This document shows, one piece after another, positions 1 to 8,361 of a stretch of 64,000 nt of DNA. The DNA comes from a virus, in IMG/VR virus record IMGVR_UViG_3300033149_003004, positions 1-64,000 of that record; one strand, given 5' to 3'. Every line of letters starts with the position of its first letter. The stretch's first letter is position 1. A program made the position numbers and the translations under genes. The notes under the pieces are model-generated. The model was not told the origin of the DNA, ran no database searches, and saw only the letters and a list, made by a program, of their open reading frames with translations.

Positions 1-147
1 GGCTGTCACCGGCAGAGTTTTCAAAACCTGGCCGGAAGTCAAAAGTCTTGGCTGTCACCGGCAGAGTTTTCAAAACCTGGCCGGAAGTCAAAAGTCTTGG
101 CTGTCACCGGCAGACTTTCCGAAACCTGGCCAGAAGTCAAAAGTCTT
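1..147 (+). repeat. 49-bp tandem repeat array (3 units visible, probably cut by the window edge)
   Basis: Unit GGCTGTCACCGGCAGA(G/C)TTT(T/C)C(A/G)AAACCTGGCC(G/A)GAAGTCAAAAGTCTT starts at 1, 50 and 99. Confidence 0.95.
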
Positions 148-172
148 AGTGGGATGCAAGTAAGGACTGCTG

Positions 173-1234
173 ATGGATGATCTCGAAGCGATAAAGGCTA
201 TGATGCGACGAGCTGAGAAACGGGACCAGAGGGGCATGTTGCTGAATTGTGGCTCGTCGCTCGTAAACCTGGCTTGCTCCGGGAGAATCGAGGGAGCGTT
301 CCTGACAGGCCACTATTATTTTGTGGTCGGCGACAGCATGTCAGGTAAGACATGGCTTGGCATGAGCTGCTTTGCTGAGGCTGCAAACGACAATCGCTTC
401 GCTGAATATCGGCTGATTTATGATCCGACGGAGATTGGTGCATTGATGGATCTGGAGCAGTATTTCGGCGAGCGGGCGGCAGAACGGATTGAGATACGAG
501 ATCCTCCGAGCGGTACCGCCGAGGAGTTCTACTTCAACGTGACGGATGATTTGGAGGTCGGCCGTCCATTTATTTACGTGCTGGACAGTCAGGATTCGTT
601 GTCCAGTATGGCCGAGCGGGAGAAGTTCGACGAAGCGAAGAAGGCACATCGGAGAGGCAGAGTGACGGCCGGTAGCTACGGAGATAGCAAGGCCAAGGTG
701 CATTCGGCGAACATGCGGAAGCTGATTGGGCCATTGCGAGAGAGTGGCTCTATTCTGATTGTGCTTAACCAGACGCGGGATTCGTTTGACCAATTCAGAC
801 CGTCGACGTACTCCGGCGGTCGAGCTCTGCTGTTCTACGCTACGCTTCAGCTCTGGAACAAGGTGAAAGAGCGGATCAAGCGGAGTGTGCGAGGAAAGCC
901 CAGACAGCTAGGCGTCAAGGTCCGTGTGTCGATCAAAAAGAACCGGTTGACGGGCATGGAGAGATCTGTCGATGTGCCGATCTATCATTCGTTCGGGATC
1001 GACGAAGTGGGCTCGTTGGTCGACTACTTAGTGGATGAGAAAGTATGGCCGAAGACTAGCAACGGGTTTATCGAGGCAGCCGGCTTGGGCCCGGCCGTGA
1101 AGCTACGGCGGGACGATCTAATTCGGAAGATCGAAGAGGAGGAGTTGGTCGACGATCTGCGTGCTTTGGCTCAGCGGACTTGGAGCGAAATCGAAGGCGA
1201 GTGCGAGGTGATAAGAAAGAGGAGATATGTATGA
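173..1234 (+). CDS. RecA/UvsX-like recombinase
   Basis: Walker A GDSMSGKT, Walker B-like YVLDSQD, RecA-like IVLNQTR and SGGRALLFYA motifs. Confidence 0.85.
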   Translation: MDDLEAIKAMMRRAEKRDQRGMLLNCGSSLVNLACSGRIEGAFLTGHYYFVVGDSMSGKTWLGMSCFAEAANDNRFAEYRLIYDPTEIGALMDLEQYFGERAAERIEIRDPPSGTAEEFYFNVTDDLEVGRPFIYVLDSQDSLSSMAEREKFDEAKKAHRRGRVTAGSYGDSKAKVHSANMRKLIGPLRESGSILIVLNQTRDSFDQFRPSTYSGGRALLFYATLQLWNKVKERIKRSVRGKPRQLGVKVRVSIKKNRLTGMERSVDVPIYHSFGIDEVGSLVDYLVDEKVWPKTSNGFIEAAGLGPAVKLRRDDLIRKIEEEELVDDLRALAQRTWSEIEGECEVIRKRRYV

Positions 1235-1236
1235 GT

Positions 1237-1415
1237 GAGCGATGTGTAGGGTGAAACCGAGATTTTCCTTGCTTTCTGAGAACAAGCGATCCTCATGCTG
1301 AAACCGAAGAATTGCCTGCTTTCTGAGAACAAGCGACCGCTCAAGTGAAACCGAAGAGCGATATGCTTCCTGAGAACAAGCGAAGTGGAAGTTGAAACCG
1401 AGTTGGTTAGTGCTT
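1237..1415 (+). ncRNA. TIGR-like dual-repeat guide array, upstream sub-array (4 units)
   Basis: 47-bp period: 9-nt spacer A, TGAAACCGA, 9-nt spacer B, TGCTT(T/C)CTGAGAACAAGCGA; all 8 spacers unique and exactly 9 nt. Confidence 0.9.
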
Positions 1416-1446
1416 ACCAATACTACCTGAACGGGAGAACCAAGCA

Positions 1447-2358
1447 ATGGCAGTAGAAATTGTCAACGAAGTGAAGCCCTATCCTGAGCTTTCAGGAATC
1501 TGCGAGGAAATCAAAGTCCAATACCGGAGACGAGTGCACTTCATCAAATGTAAGAACCGCCTCCGGAATTGCTTGTTTGCTCATGTAGCTTTAACACTTG
1601 GTTATCGGTCGAATCTCGATAAAAAGCAGAGGGAGAAGATATGGGACGAAGCCGAAAAGCTGGTCAAGTCGGTGCTCGACGGGACGGCGAAGTCGGATTT
1701 GTCCGGAATGATCAAGCATACATGGATGGCTGTGGAGGTACTAGAAAATGTGGCTTCCCAGTACGAGAAAACTATGGTAAAGCTGGCCAGCCAAACGCCT
1801 GTCGCTGGATGGGTGAAGGAACCGGAACAGAGAGGGTTCAGCCTGTTATCACTGGCAAATGTAATCGGAGAATGCGGGGATTTGAATAACTACTCGTCTC
1901 CGTCTAAGGTGTGGCGTCGAATGGGATGTGCTCCCTTCACCAAGGAAGACGAGACGCTGATGGGAGGGACTTGGAAAGGAAGGAAGGGCAATCGAAAAGG
2001 GCTGGCCACCTTATCATCTGCCGAATGGGAGGAGTACGGTTATTGCCCGCGTCGTGCTAGTGTGCGGTACATGATTGGTGCGAACTTCGTCAAGCAGAAC
2101 GGAGACGGGCCATACCGTAGACGCTGGTTGGAGGCGAAGAGGAAAGCGTATTACAAGCATCCCGAGTGGGATTGGAAACCTTGCCCGAAATGTGAGGGAA
2201 GGGCTAATGTTGGTGAAGTATGCAAAGTGTGTGGCGGGACAGGGATGAAATGCGCACGTGCACATAACCATGGCTTGCTGCTGGCGGCAAAGCTGTTGCT
2301 GCTCAATCTGTGGTTGCAATGGACGGGCACGGAGTGGAGGGAATGGAGGCCGTGGTGA
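1447..2358 (+). CDS. Tas-like (TasA-type) Nop/IS110-C-terminal domain protein, no nuclease domain, with Zn-finger insertion
   Basis: Coiled-coil N-terminus; GFSLLSLANVIGECGDLNNYSSPSKVWRRMGCAP resembles the IS110/Nop RNA-binding domain; GPYRRRW...RAHNHG...KLLL C-terminus; CPKC...CKVCGGTG insert; flanked by dual-spacer arrays. Confidence 0.85.
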   Translation: MAVEIVNEVKPYPELSGICEEIKVQYRRRVHFIKCKNRLRNCLFAHVALTLGYRSNLDKKQREKIWDEAEKLVKSVLDGTAKSDLSGMIKHTWMAVEVLENVASQYEKTMVKLASQTPVAGWVKEPEQRGFSLLSLANVIGECGDLNNYSSPSKVWRRMGCAPFTKEDETLMGGTWKGRKGNRKGLATLSSAEWEEYGYCPRRASVRYMIGANFVKQNGDGPYRRRWLEAKRKAYYKHPEWDWKPCPKCEGRANVGEVCKVCGGTGMKCARAHNHGLLLAAKLLLLNLWLQWTGTEWREWRPW

Positions 2359-2449
2359 GAAACAAGCGAGGCCAGTTGTGAAACCGATCAGAAAGGTGCT
2401 TTCTGAGAACAAGCGAAAGAACATGTGAAACCGATCGTCGATTTGCTTT
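2356..2449 (+). ncRNA. TIGR-like dual-repeat guide array, downstream sub-array (2 units)
   Basis: Same repeats; spacer pairs GGCCAGTTG/TCAGAAAGG and AAGAACATG/TCGTCGATT. Confidence 0.9.
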
Positions 2450-2495
2450 AGCTCTAAGGAAGTGGATCCACCAAACAATATCAATGGGTGAGTAG

Positions 2496-3350
2496 GTGTC
2501 AACTGTTCTGATTCTCGACTGCCCGTATTTGGCCCACCGCGCTGAGTCTGTTGCTGGCGGGCTCTCTCACGATGGTGAGCCTACGTCGGTGGTGTTTGCT
2601 TTGCTGCGGGATTTGGTGGCGTGGCAGGATCGGTTCCGATCGGACGCAGTAGCATTCTGCTTCGATTCCGGCAAAAACAAGCGGTTGGCGTTCTACCCTG
2701 AGTACAAACGGAATCGCACTAAGGATGCCACAAAGGAACATCGAATGAAGCGAGTGTTAGTCCGCTATCAGCTTTACCGGCTCATGGAAGAGGACTTGTA
2801 CAAAATCGGCTTCCGCAACGTGTTTTGGGAGGACGGTTATGAGGCAGACGATGTGATAGCTTCCGTCGCTCTGTTCTCGTTGGAGAAAGGGGACGAAGCT
2901 ATCATCGTAGGAAGTGATTCTGATTTGTGGCAATTGATTTCGCCGACTGTTTCGATCTTCGATCCTCGGATGGGCAAGCAAAGGACGTTGCAATGGTTCT
3001 CGCGGGAATACGGTCTGTCGCCAAGCCAATGGGCAGATGTGAAGGCGATTGCTGGTTGCCCGGGGGACAACATCATCGGGGTGGATGATGTGGGGGAGAA
3101 GTCCGCCGTGGCGTTTCTAGCTGGCAGGATGAGCAATGAGCATCGTCGCTACAAAGCAATAATCGAGCACAACGATCTGTGGCGTCGAAACCTCCGGCTG
3201 GTACGGTTGCCGTTCGAGGGTTGCCCACGATTCGACTTGCGGAGGGATGATGTGACGAAAGAGAAGTGGAGACGGTTCTGCAGGCGGTATGGGATGAGGA
3301 GTTTGGCAGGGGCTTTTCCTGGAGTGGGCACATGGCCAAGAGGCAAGTGA
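2496..3350 (+). CDS. 5'-3' exonuclease / flap endonuclease (PolI N-terminal, T5 FEN-like)
   Basis: YPEYKRNR, GYEADDVIAS, SDSDLWQL, GCPGDNIIGV..VGEKSA motifs. Confidence 0.9.
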   Translation: MSTVLILDCPYLAHRAESVAGGLSHDGEPTSVVFALLRDLVAWQDRFRSDAVAFCFDSGKNKRLAFYPEYKRNRTKDATKEHRMKRVLVRYQLYRLMEEDLYKIGFRNVFWEDGYEADDVIASVALFSLEKGDEAIIVGSDSDLWQLISPTVSIFDPRMGKQRTLQWFSREYGLSPSQWADVKAIAGCPGDNIIGVDDVGEKSAVAFLAGRMSNEHRRYKAIIEHNDLWRRNLRLVRLPFEGCPRFDLRRDDVTKEKWRRFCRRYGMRSLAGAFPGVGTWPRGK

Positions 3351-3384
3351 TCATCGAAGCTGATAGTTTTGGGGAAAGCAAATT

Positions 3385-3912
3385 GTGGAGCGAGTCGGGA
3401 AGGCCGAAGCTGTGAGAATCTTGGCTCTTGACCTCGCTACGCAAACCGGTTGGGCGCATTCTGATGGGGCTAGCGGAGTGCAGTCGTTCAGGCCTCGCCG
3501 AGGGGACTCGCCGGGCGTGAGATATTTAGCTCTCCGCGCGTGGCTGTCGAGAATGTACGAGTTAGCTCCCTTTGATTTGATTGTCTATGAGCAGCCCCAC
3601 CATCGCGGTGGGCACTCAACAGAAGTGCTGGTCGGTATGGTAACTACCATGCAAGCGTGGGCTGCGGAGCATGGAGTGGAGACAACCGCTCGGCACTCCG
3701 GAGAGATCAAGCGACATGCTTTGGGTAAAGGACGGGGGTCGAAGTTGGCAATGCAGTTGATGGCGGAGCGAGAGTTTGGATTTGAAGTGATAGACCACAA
3801 TCACGCAGATGCGCTGTGGTTGCTAGACCTTGCGAAGAGCGAATTGAACGAACGAATTGACAAGGGGGACCGGCAGACATTTCAAGGTTCTATTGGAGGG
3901 AATACAGGGTAG
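3385..3912 (+). CDS. Phage RuvC-like Holliday junction resolvase
   Basis: ILALDLATQTGWA, IVYEQP, IKRHALGKG...K, DHNHADAL. Confidence 0.8.
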   Translation: MERVGKAEAVRILALDLATQTGWAHSDGASGVQSFRPRRGDSPGVRYLALRAWLSRMYELAPFDLIVYEQPHHRGGHSTEVLVGMVTTMQAWAAEHGVETTARHSGEIKRHALGKGRGSKLAMQLMAEREFGFEVIDHNHADALWLLDLAKSELNERIDKGDRQTFQGSIGGNTG

Positions 3913-4799
3913 TGCTGGAACGCTTACAACTCCGCAATTTTCAGCGACACGAAGACTTCCGCGTCGTGTTCGACGAGCGGGTTACCACGATCGTCGGCAG
4001 AAGCGATGTGGGCAAGTCATCCATTCTGCGAGCCTTGCGATGGCTGATGTTGGGCAGACCATCCGGTTCCGCCTTCGTTCGGCATGGGCGGGACGAGGCT
4101 ATGGTATCGCTTTGGCTGGACGGTCACAAGTTGTCAAGACGAAAGGGACGGAGGACAAACAAGCTGGCACTGGATGGAGTAGGACTGGAGGCGTTCGGAA
4201 TGGAGATGCCGGAGACAGTCGCTCTGCTGTGTAATGTGGATGAGACGAACTTTCAGACACAGCACGAATCGCCGTTTTGGCTGTCGCTTACGGCTGGACA
4301 AGCCAGCCGAGAACTGAACGCCGTCGTCAATCTAGGGGTGATCGACAAAGCTCTTTCTGCTGTGGCTGCAAAAGCCAGGCGTGCCAAAGCTGCTGCCGAT
4401 CTATCGCAGGAGCGGTGCGAACGGTGTGAGAAGCAGTTGGAATCACTCGACTGGGTAGAGGAAATGTCGAGGGATTGGCAGTGGGTGGAGAACTTGCAAA
4501 AGCGACAAGACGAAAGCGAGAGGAAGATCATACGGGCGAAGGCTCTAAGAGATGAGGCTAATCGCTTACGGAGACAGGCAGCGATGGAGGTACCCGATAC
4601 AACCGAACTGGACACGATGGTATCCGAGTTGGAAAAACGAGAACAGGTAATGCGGTCGGCATTGACTCAGCTCACAGAAGTTCGCCACCTGACGAGGACG
4701 ATAGAATCATGCAAGGAAGGGGTCAACGATTTGGAGGTAAGACTATCGACTGAATCTGGTGGGATCTGTCCTCTATGCGGGAGTGAGCTTGAGAACTAA
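3912..4799 (+). CDS. SbcC/Rad50-like ATPase, N-terminal half
   Basis: LRNFQRH, Walker A GRSDVGKSS, Q-loop, coiled coil, terminal CPLCG zinc hook. Confidence 0.85.
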   Translation: MLERLQLRNFQRHEDFRVVFDERVTTIVGRSDVGKSSILRALRWLMLGRPSGSAFVRHGRDEAMVSLWLDGHKLSRRKGRRTNKLALDGVGLEAFGMEMPETVALLCNVDETNFQTQHESPFWLSLTAGQASRELNAVVNLGVIDKALSAVAAKARRAKAAADLSQERCERCEKQLESLDWVEEMSRDWQWVENLQKRQDESERKIIRAKALRDEANRLRRQAAMEVPDTTELDTMVSELEKREQVMRSALTQLTEVRHLTRTIESCKEGVNDLEVRLSTESGGICPLCGSELEN

Positions 4800-5748
4800 T
4801 GAGGATGGATTAGAAGTTGAGGAATGTGAATTGCCTGAGAAAATAGCTATTCTATGCAGCGATATTCATCTTTCTCACACTCCGCCGATGTCTCGAAGCG
4901 GTGAGATAGACTGGTATGAAGCTATGTCTCGCCCGCTGCAAGAGCTGCGGGACTTGGCTGAAAGCGACGGATTGCCGGTGCTGTGTGGTGGGGACGTGTT
5001 CGATAGATGGAACAGCCCGCCGAAGCTGATTACCTTCGCTATGCGAATGCTACCTACTAATTTCGCCTCCGTGATGGGGCAACACGACTTGCCGTATCAC
5101 AGTTGGGAGCAGCGGGAGATTTCAGCTTTCTGGACGCTCGTGGAGGCCGGTGCGATAGAGTTGTGCTCTGGTTGGAGAGAGGATGAACCTTCGATTTGGC
5201 GTGGATTTCAGTGGAATGAAGATATCGAGCCAAACAGAGAAAGGGATAAGAGACGGTTGAACATCTGCATTGCCCACCGATACGTATGGTTTAGCAAACC
5301 CAGGCTGCCGGTAGACAGGTGCAATAATCACTTGCGAGAAATGCTGGGCAGACTGGAAGGTTATCGGGTAGCGTTATTTGGAGATAATCATCGTGGGTTC
5401 TGCTGGAAGAGCGAGGAGAGAGGGTTATCGGTGTTCAACGCCGGCACGCTCATGCGGAGGCGAGCAGACGAGCGTGACTACAAGCCAATGGTCGGTCTGT
5501 TGCTGGAGGATGGAACTGTGGAGCCGTACTTTCTGGATACAAGCCGGGACAAGTTCGATGGTGGTGAGAATATTCGGCAGGCTGAGCGGACGCTGATTGA
5601 ACTAGACTCGTTCGTCGATGAATTGAGAAACTTGGGTGATGGAGGTCTGGATTTTCGGAAAGCAGTCGAGGAGGCAATGGTCCGCGAGCAAGTGAGCAAG
5701 GAAGTAAGACGTGTGATCTTGGAGGCGATAGAGAAAGGGACTGATTGA
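4759..5748 (+). CDS. SbcD/Mre11-like metallophosphoesterase nuclease (start uncertain)
   Basis: SDIH, GGDVFD, GQHD, AH, GDNH, NAGTL motifs. Confidence 0.85.
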   Translation: MGSVLYAGVSLRTNEDGLEVEECELPEKIAILCSDIHLSHTPPMSRSGEIDWYEAMSRPLQELRDLAESDGLPVLCGGDVFDRWNSPPKLITFAMRMLPTNFASVMGQHDLPYHSWEQREISAFWTLVEAGAIELCSGWREDEPSIWRGFQWNEDIEPNRERDKRRLNICIAHRYVWFSKPRLPVDRCNNHLREMLGRLEGYRVALFGDNHRGFCWKSEERGLSVFNAGTLMRRRADERDYKPMVGLLLEDGTVEPYFLDTSRDKFDGGENIRQAERTLIELDSFVDELRNLGDGGLDFRKAVEEAMVREQVSKEVRRVILEAIEKGTD

Positions 5749-5999
5749 TGGAGATTGAGGATTTTCGACGTCTGAAAGTCAAGATAGATTCCCTCCGACA
5801 AAGGAAGACCAAAGCTGAGGGGGCTTTGGAGCAGGCCGAGCAGCGATTGTTGTCCGAGCTAGGTGTTGGCACTGTGCATGATGCCGAGGGGGTGATTGAG
5901 CGAATGGAGGATGAACTTGAGAGCCTCCGTAGGCAGATACAGAATAAGCTAGACGAGTTCGCGGAGAGGTGGGGTGAGAAACTGGAAGAGCAAAGTTGA
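5745..5999 (+). CDS. Small coiled-coil protein (possible middle piece of split SbcC)
   Basis: Heptad-rich, 84 aa, overlaps both neighbours. Confidence 0.6.
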   Translation: MMEIEDFRRLKVKIDSLRQRKTKAEGALEQAEQRLLSELGVGTVHDAEGVIERMEDELESLRRQIQNKLDEFAERWGEKLEEQS

Positions 6000-6537
6000 G
6001 AATGCAGTAGCCGAGCGGGACCGCTTGAGACGAAAGCTCACAGAAGAGCGAGAAGAATCTGCAAGTTCTGTGAAGAAGCGACGTGAAGTCGAAGAAGCCC
6101 AGATGCTGCTTCAGTCCGTCGCAGCGGCAGTACAACAGAGCGCCCACAGACAGATAGCAGGAGTGGTATCACGATGCCTCGAAGCTGTCTTCGACGAGCC
6201 TTACGAGTTCCAAATCGAGTTCGTGGAACGGCGAGGCAAGACGGAGGCAGTCATGCAATTTGTCCGGGATGGCGAGTCGGTGTCTCCGATGGATGCAGCT
6301 GGCGGTGGAGTAGTGGACCTCGCCGCGTTCGCTGTCAGGTTAGCGAAGTTGGTGCTGGCCAGACCACCTCGCCGAAGATTGCTAGTGCTGGATGAGCCGT
6401 TTCGGTTCGTCAGCCGGGACTTGCGTCCGCGAGTGCGAAGGCTAATTGAGACATTGGCAGAGGAAATGGCCGTGCAATTTGTGCTTGTGACGCACGATCC
6501 GATGCTGACGATGGGCAAGGTGGTGGAAGTTGAATGA
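5974..6537 (+). CDS. SbcC/Rad50-like ATPase, C-terminal half
   Basis: Signature-like AAGGG, Walker B LLVLDEPF, H-loop LVTHD. Confidence 0.85.
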   Translation: MRNWKSKVENAVAERDRLRRKLTEEREESASSVKKRREVEEAQMLLQSVAAAVQQSAHRQIAGVVSRCLEAVFDEPYEFQIEFVERRGKTEAVMQFVRDGESVSPMDAAGGGVVDLAAFAVRLAKLVLARPPRRRLLVLDEPFRFVSRDLRPRVRRLIETLAEEMAVQFVLVTHDPMLTMGKVVEVE

Positions 6538-6566
6538 GGTGAAGAGAGCGGGATGGTTCCCTTGAG

Positions 6567-7328
6567 GTGGCTTCTGGGGAACAGAGCGAGAAAGACGCAC
6601 AAGAGAAACGAGAGTGGCGGATGAGTGGGAGTCGAAGAAAGCGGAGTGCTTCGAGTGATGTGGAAAGACTGCGATTGAGGCAGAAGATTACCCATGACTA
6701 TCTGCATGGTGGTTATACGTCTCAACATGAGCTGGCGGTCCGGTACGGAGTCTCTGATGCTACGGTGTGCCAAATTCTAAAGCAGATCAAAACCATTTTG
6801 AGAGAGGAGTTCGAGGAACAGTTTCAGGAGGAAACGGCTAAGCGATTGGCCCAGCTCGAGCTGATGATCGGCAAAGCCAACAGCAGCTTCGAGATCAGTA
6901 AGCAGGAGCAGGTAGAGATCACTATTAGGACGGAGAAGTGTCGTTGCGGGAAGTGTTCCGGTACGGGAGAAAGGGATGGCGAGACATGTCCTGGATGCGA
7001 GGGGCGGGGATACAACTTGCAAGAGGTGGAGACTAAAAAAGTCAGCGGGCAGGCAGGTGATCCACGCTTCTTGGCCATCGTGCTGAAAGGAATCCAGGAG
7101 ATAGCTCGTATTCGGCAACTCTATCCGGAGAGGCAAACTACGAGGCGAACCACGAAGATCGGCCGTCAATACAACGTCGGTGCAATAGCGGTGGAGAACC
7201 GCTTGGAAGGGGCATCGCAAGAAATGCTCCTGGAGGCGAGAAGGCTGATGCTGCGGATCGAGCAGTCGAAGAACAGGGATGATATCGCAGATGTAGAGTT
7301 TGGGAAAAGCGATGAGAGTAAAGAATGA
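6567..7328 (+). CDS. Putative terminase small subunit (HTH plus CxxC Zn finger; start may be 6621)
   Basis: HTH SQHELAVRYGVSDATVCQIL, CGKCSGTG..CPGCEGRG, GDPRFL; lies upstream of terL. Confidence 0.55.
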   Translation: MASGEQSEKDAQEKREWRMSGSRRKRSASSDVERLRLRQKITHDYLHGGYTSQHELAVRYGVSDATVCQILKQIKTILREEFEEQFQEETAKRLAQLELMIGKANSSFEISKQEQVEITIRTEKCRCGKCSGTGERDGETCPGCEGRGYNLQEVETKKVSGQAGDPRFLAIVLKGIQEIARIRQLYPERQTTRRTTKIGRQYNVGAIAVENRLEGASQEMLLEARRLMLRIEQSKNRDDIADVEFGKSDESKE

Positions 7329-7341
7329 GTGACTCCACTAC

Positions 7342-7729
7342 CGTCACCAGATTTTTCAAAACCTGGCCAGAAGTCAAAAGTCTCGGCTGCCACCAGCAGA
7401 GTTTTCAGAACCTCACCAGAAGTCAAAAGCCTCGGCTGTCACCAGCAGACTTTTCAAAACCCGGCCGGAAGTCAAAAGTCTCGGCTACTGTCAGCAGACT
7501 TTTCAAAACCCGGCCAGAAGTCAAAAGTCTCGGCTGCCGCCGGCAGACTTTCCGAAACCTGGCCAGAAGTCAAAAGTCTTGGCTACTGTCAGCAGAGTTT
7601 TCAGAATCTCACCAGAAGTCAAAAGTCTTGGCTGTCACCAGCAGACTTTCCGAAACCTGGCCAGAAGTCAAAAGTCTTGGCTACTGTCGGCAGACTTTCC
7701 GAAACCTGGCCGGAAGTCAAAAGTCTTGG
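7342..7729 (+). repeat. 49-bp tandem repeat array (8 units)
   Basis: Core GAAGTCAAAAG at 7370, 7419, 7468, 7517, 7566, 7615, 7664, 7713. Confidence 0.95.
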
Positions 7730-8108
7730 TATGTTGGTGTCTATACGAGCGAAGAACCAAAACACGTCTCATTGCAGATGTAGAGTTTGGGGGAAGGGGT
7801 AAATAGGTTTATAACTTTATAGGTGTTTCCCCCATATGGAGATTCTCTCACGAAATCCCTCGAAAAACTCGAAATAGTGTTGGGCACACCTCTGAAAATT
7901 CCTATAATAGAATAGTAGTAAAACGGCTCCATCGGGGAAACCGACATAAGCTCTGGAGGGCGAATCGCCGCAATTGGGTGATAGCTGCCGGGAGCCGTTG
8001 GACAGCGATCGCTAGGTGCCACCCGCCTAGCGAGCTGTGGAAGCCAGGGGACACTACGTTCCTGAGCCGCACAGCTCGCCGGGTTTCTTTTTTGTTAGGT
8101 GACTATCG

Positions 8109-8354
8109 ATGAGCACTACGACCGTCCGGCACTATCTTCGGCCCCGCGAGGTCGCCGAGATCCTCGATGTCAAACTGGAGACTGTACTTGCCTACATCAG
8201 AGCAGGTCAACTAGCTGCTGTGAACGTGGCCCATCCCGATGCCCGTAGGCGAGCCCGCTGGAGGATCAGTATCGAAGCTCTGGAGCAGTTTGTGACGAAG
8301 CGGACGATCCAGCCGGCCCCGAGCAAGCCCGCTCCCCGGCCCCGGCAGCAATAA
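8109..8354 (+). CDS. Excisionase/MerR-like helix-turn-helix protein
   Basis: YLRPREVAEILDVKLETVLAYIRAGQLAA...WRIS..ALEQF. Confidence 0.8.
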   Translation: MSTTTVRHYLRPREVAEILDVKLETVLAYIRAGQLAAVNVAHPDARRRARWRISIEALEQFVTKRTIQPAPSKPAPRPRQQ

Positions 8355-8361
8355 AACTCGC

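Noticed and set aside
1-147. 49-bp arrays as CRISPR
   Set aside because: No unique spacers; units differ only by scattered substitutions.
1237-2449. CRISPR array or IS110 insertion sequence
   Set aside because: Spacers are only 9 nt with two alternating repeats and no cas genes are present. The ORF lacks the N-terminal DEDD/RuvC domain an IS110 recombinase needs.
7325-7806. Three overlapping + strand ORFs across the 49-bp array
   Set aside because: They exist because the unit has no + strand stop codon. A period not divisible by 3 and inverted or solitary copies elsewhere argue for a nucleic-acid-level role. The ATGA overlap at 7325 means translation is not fully excluded.
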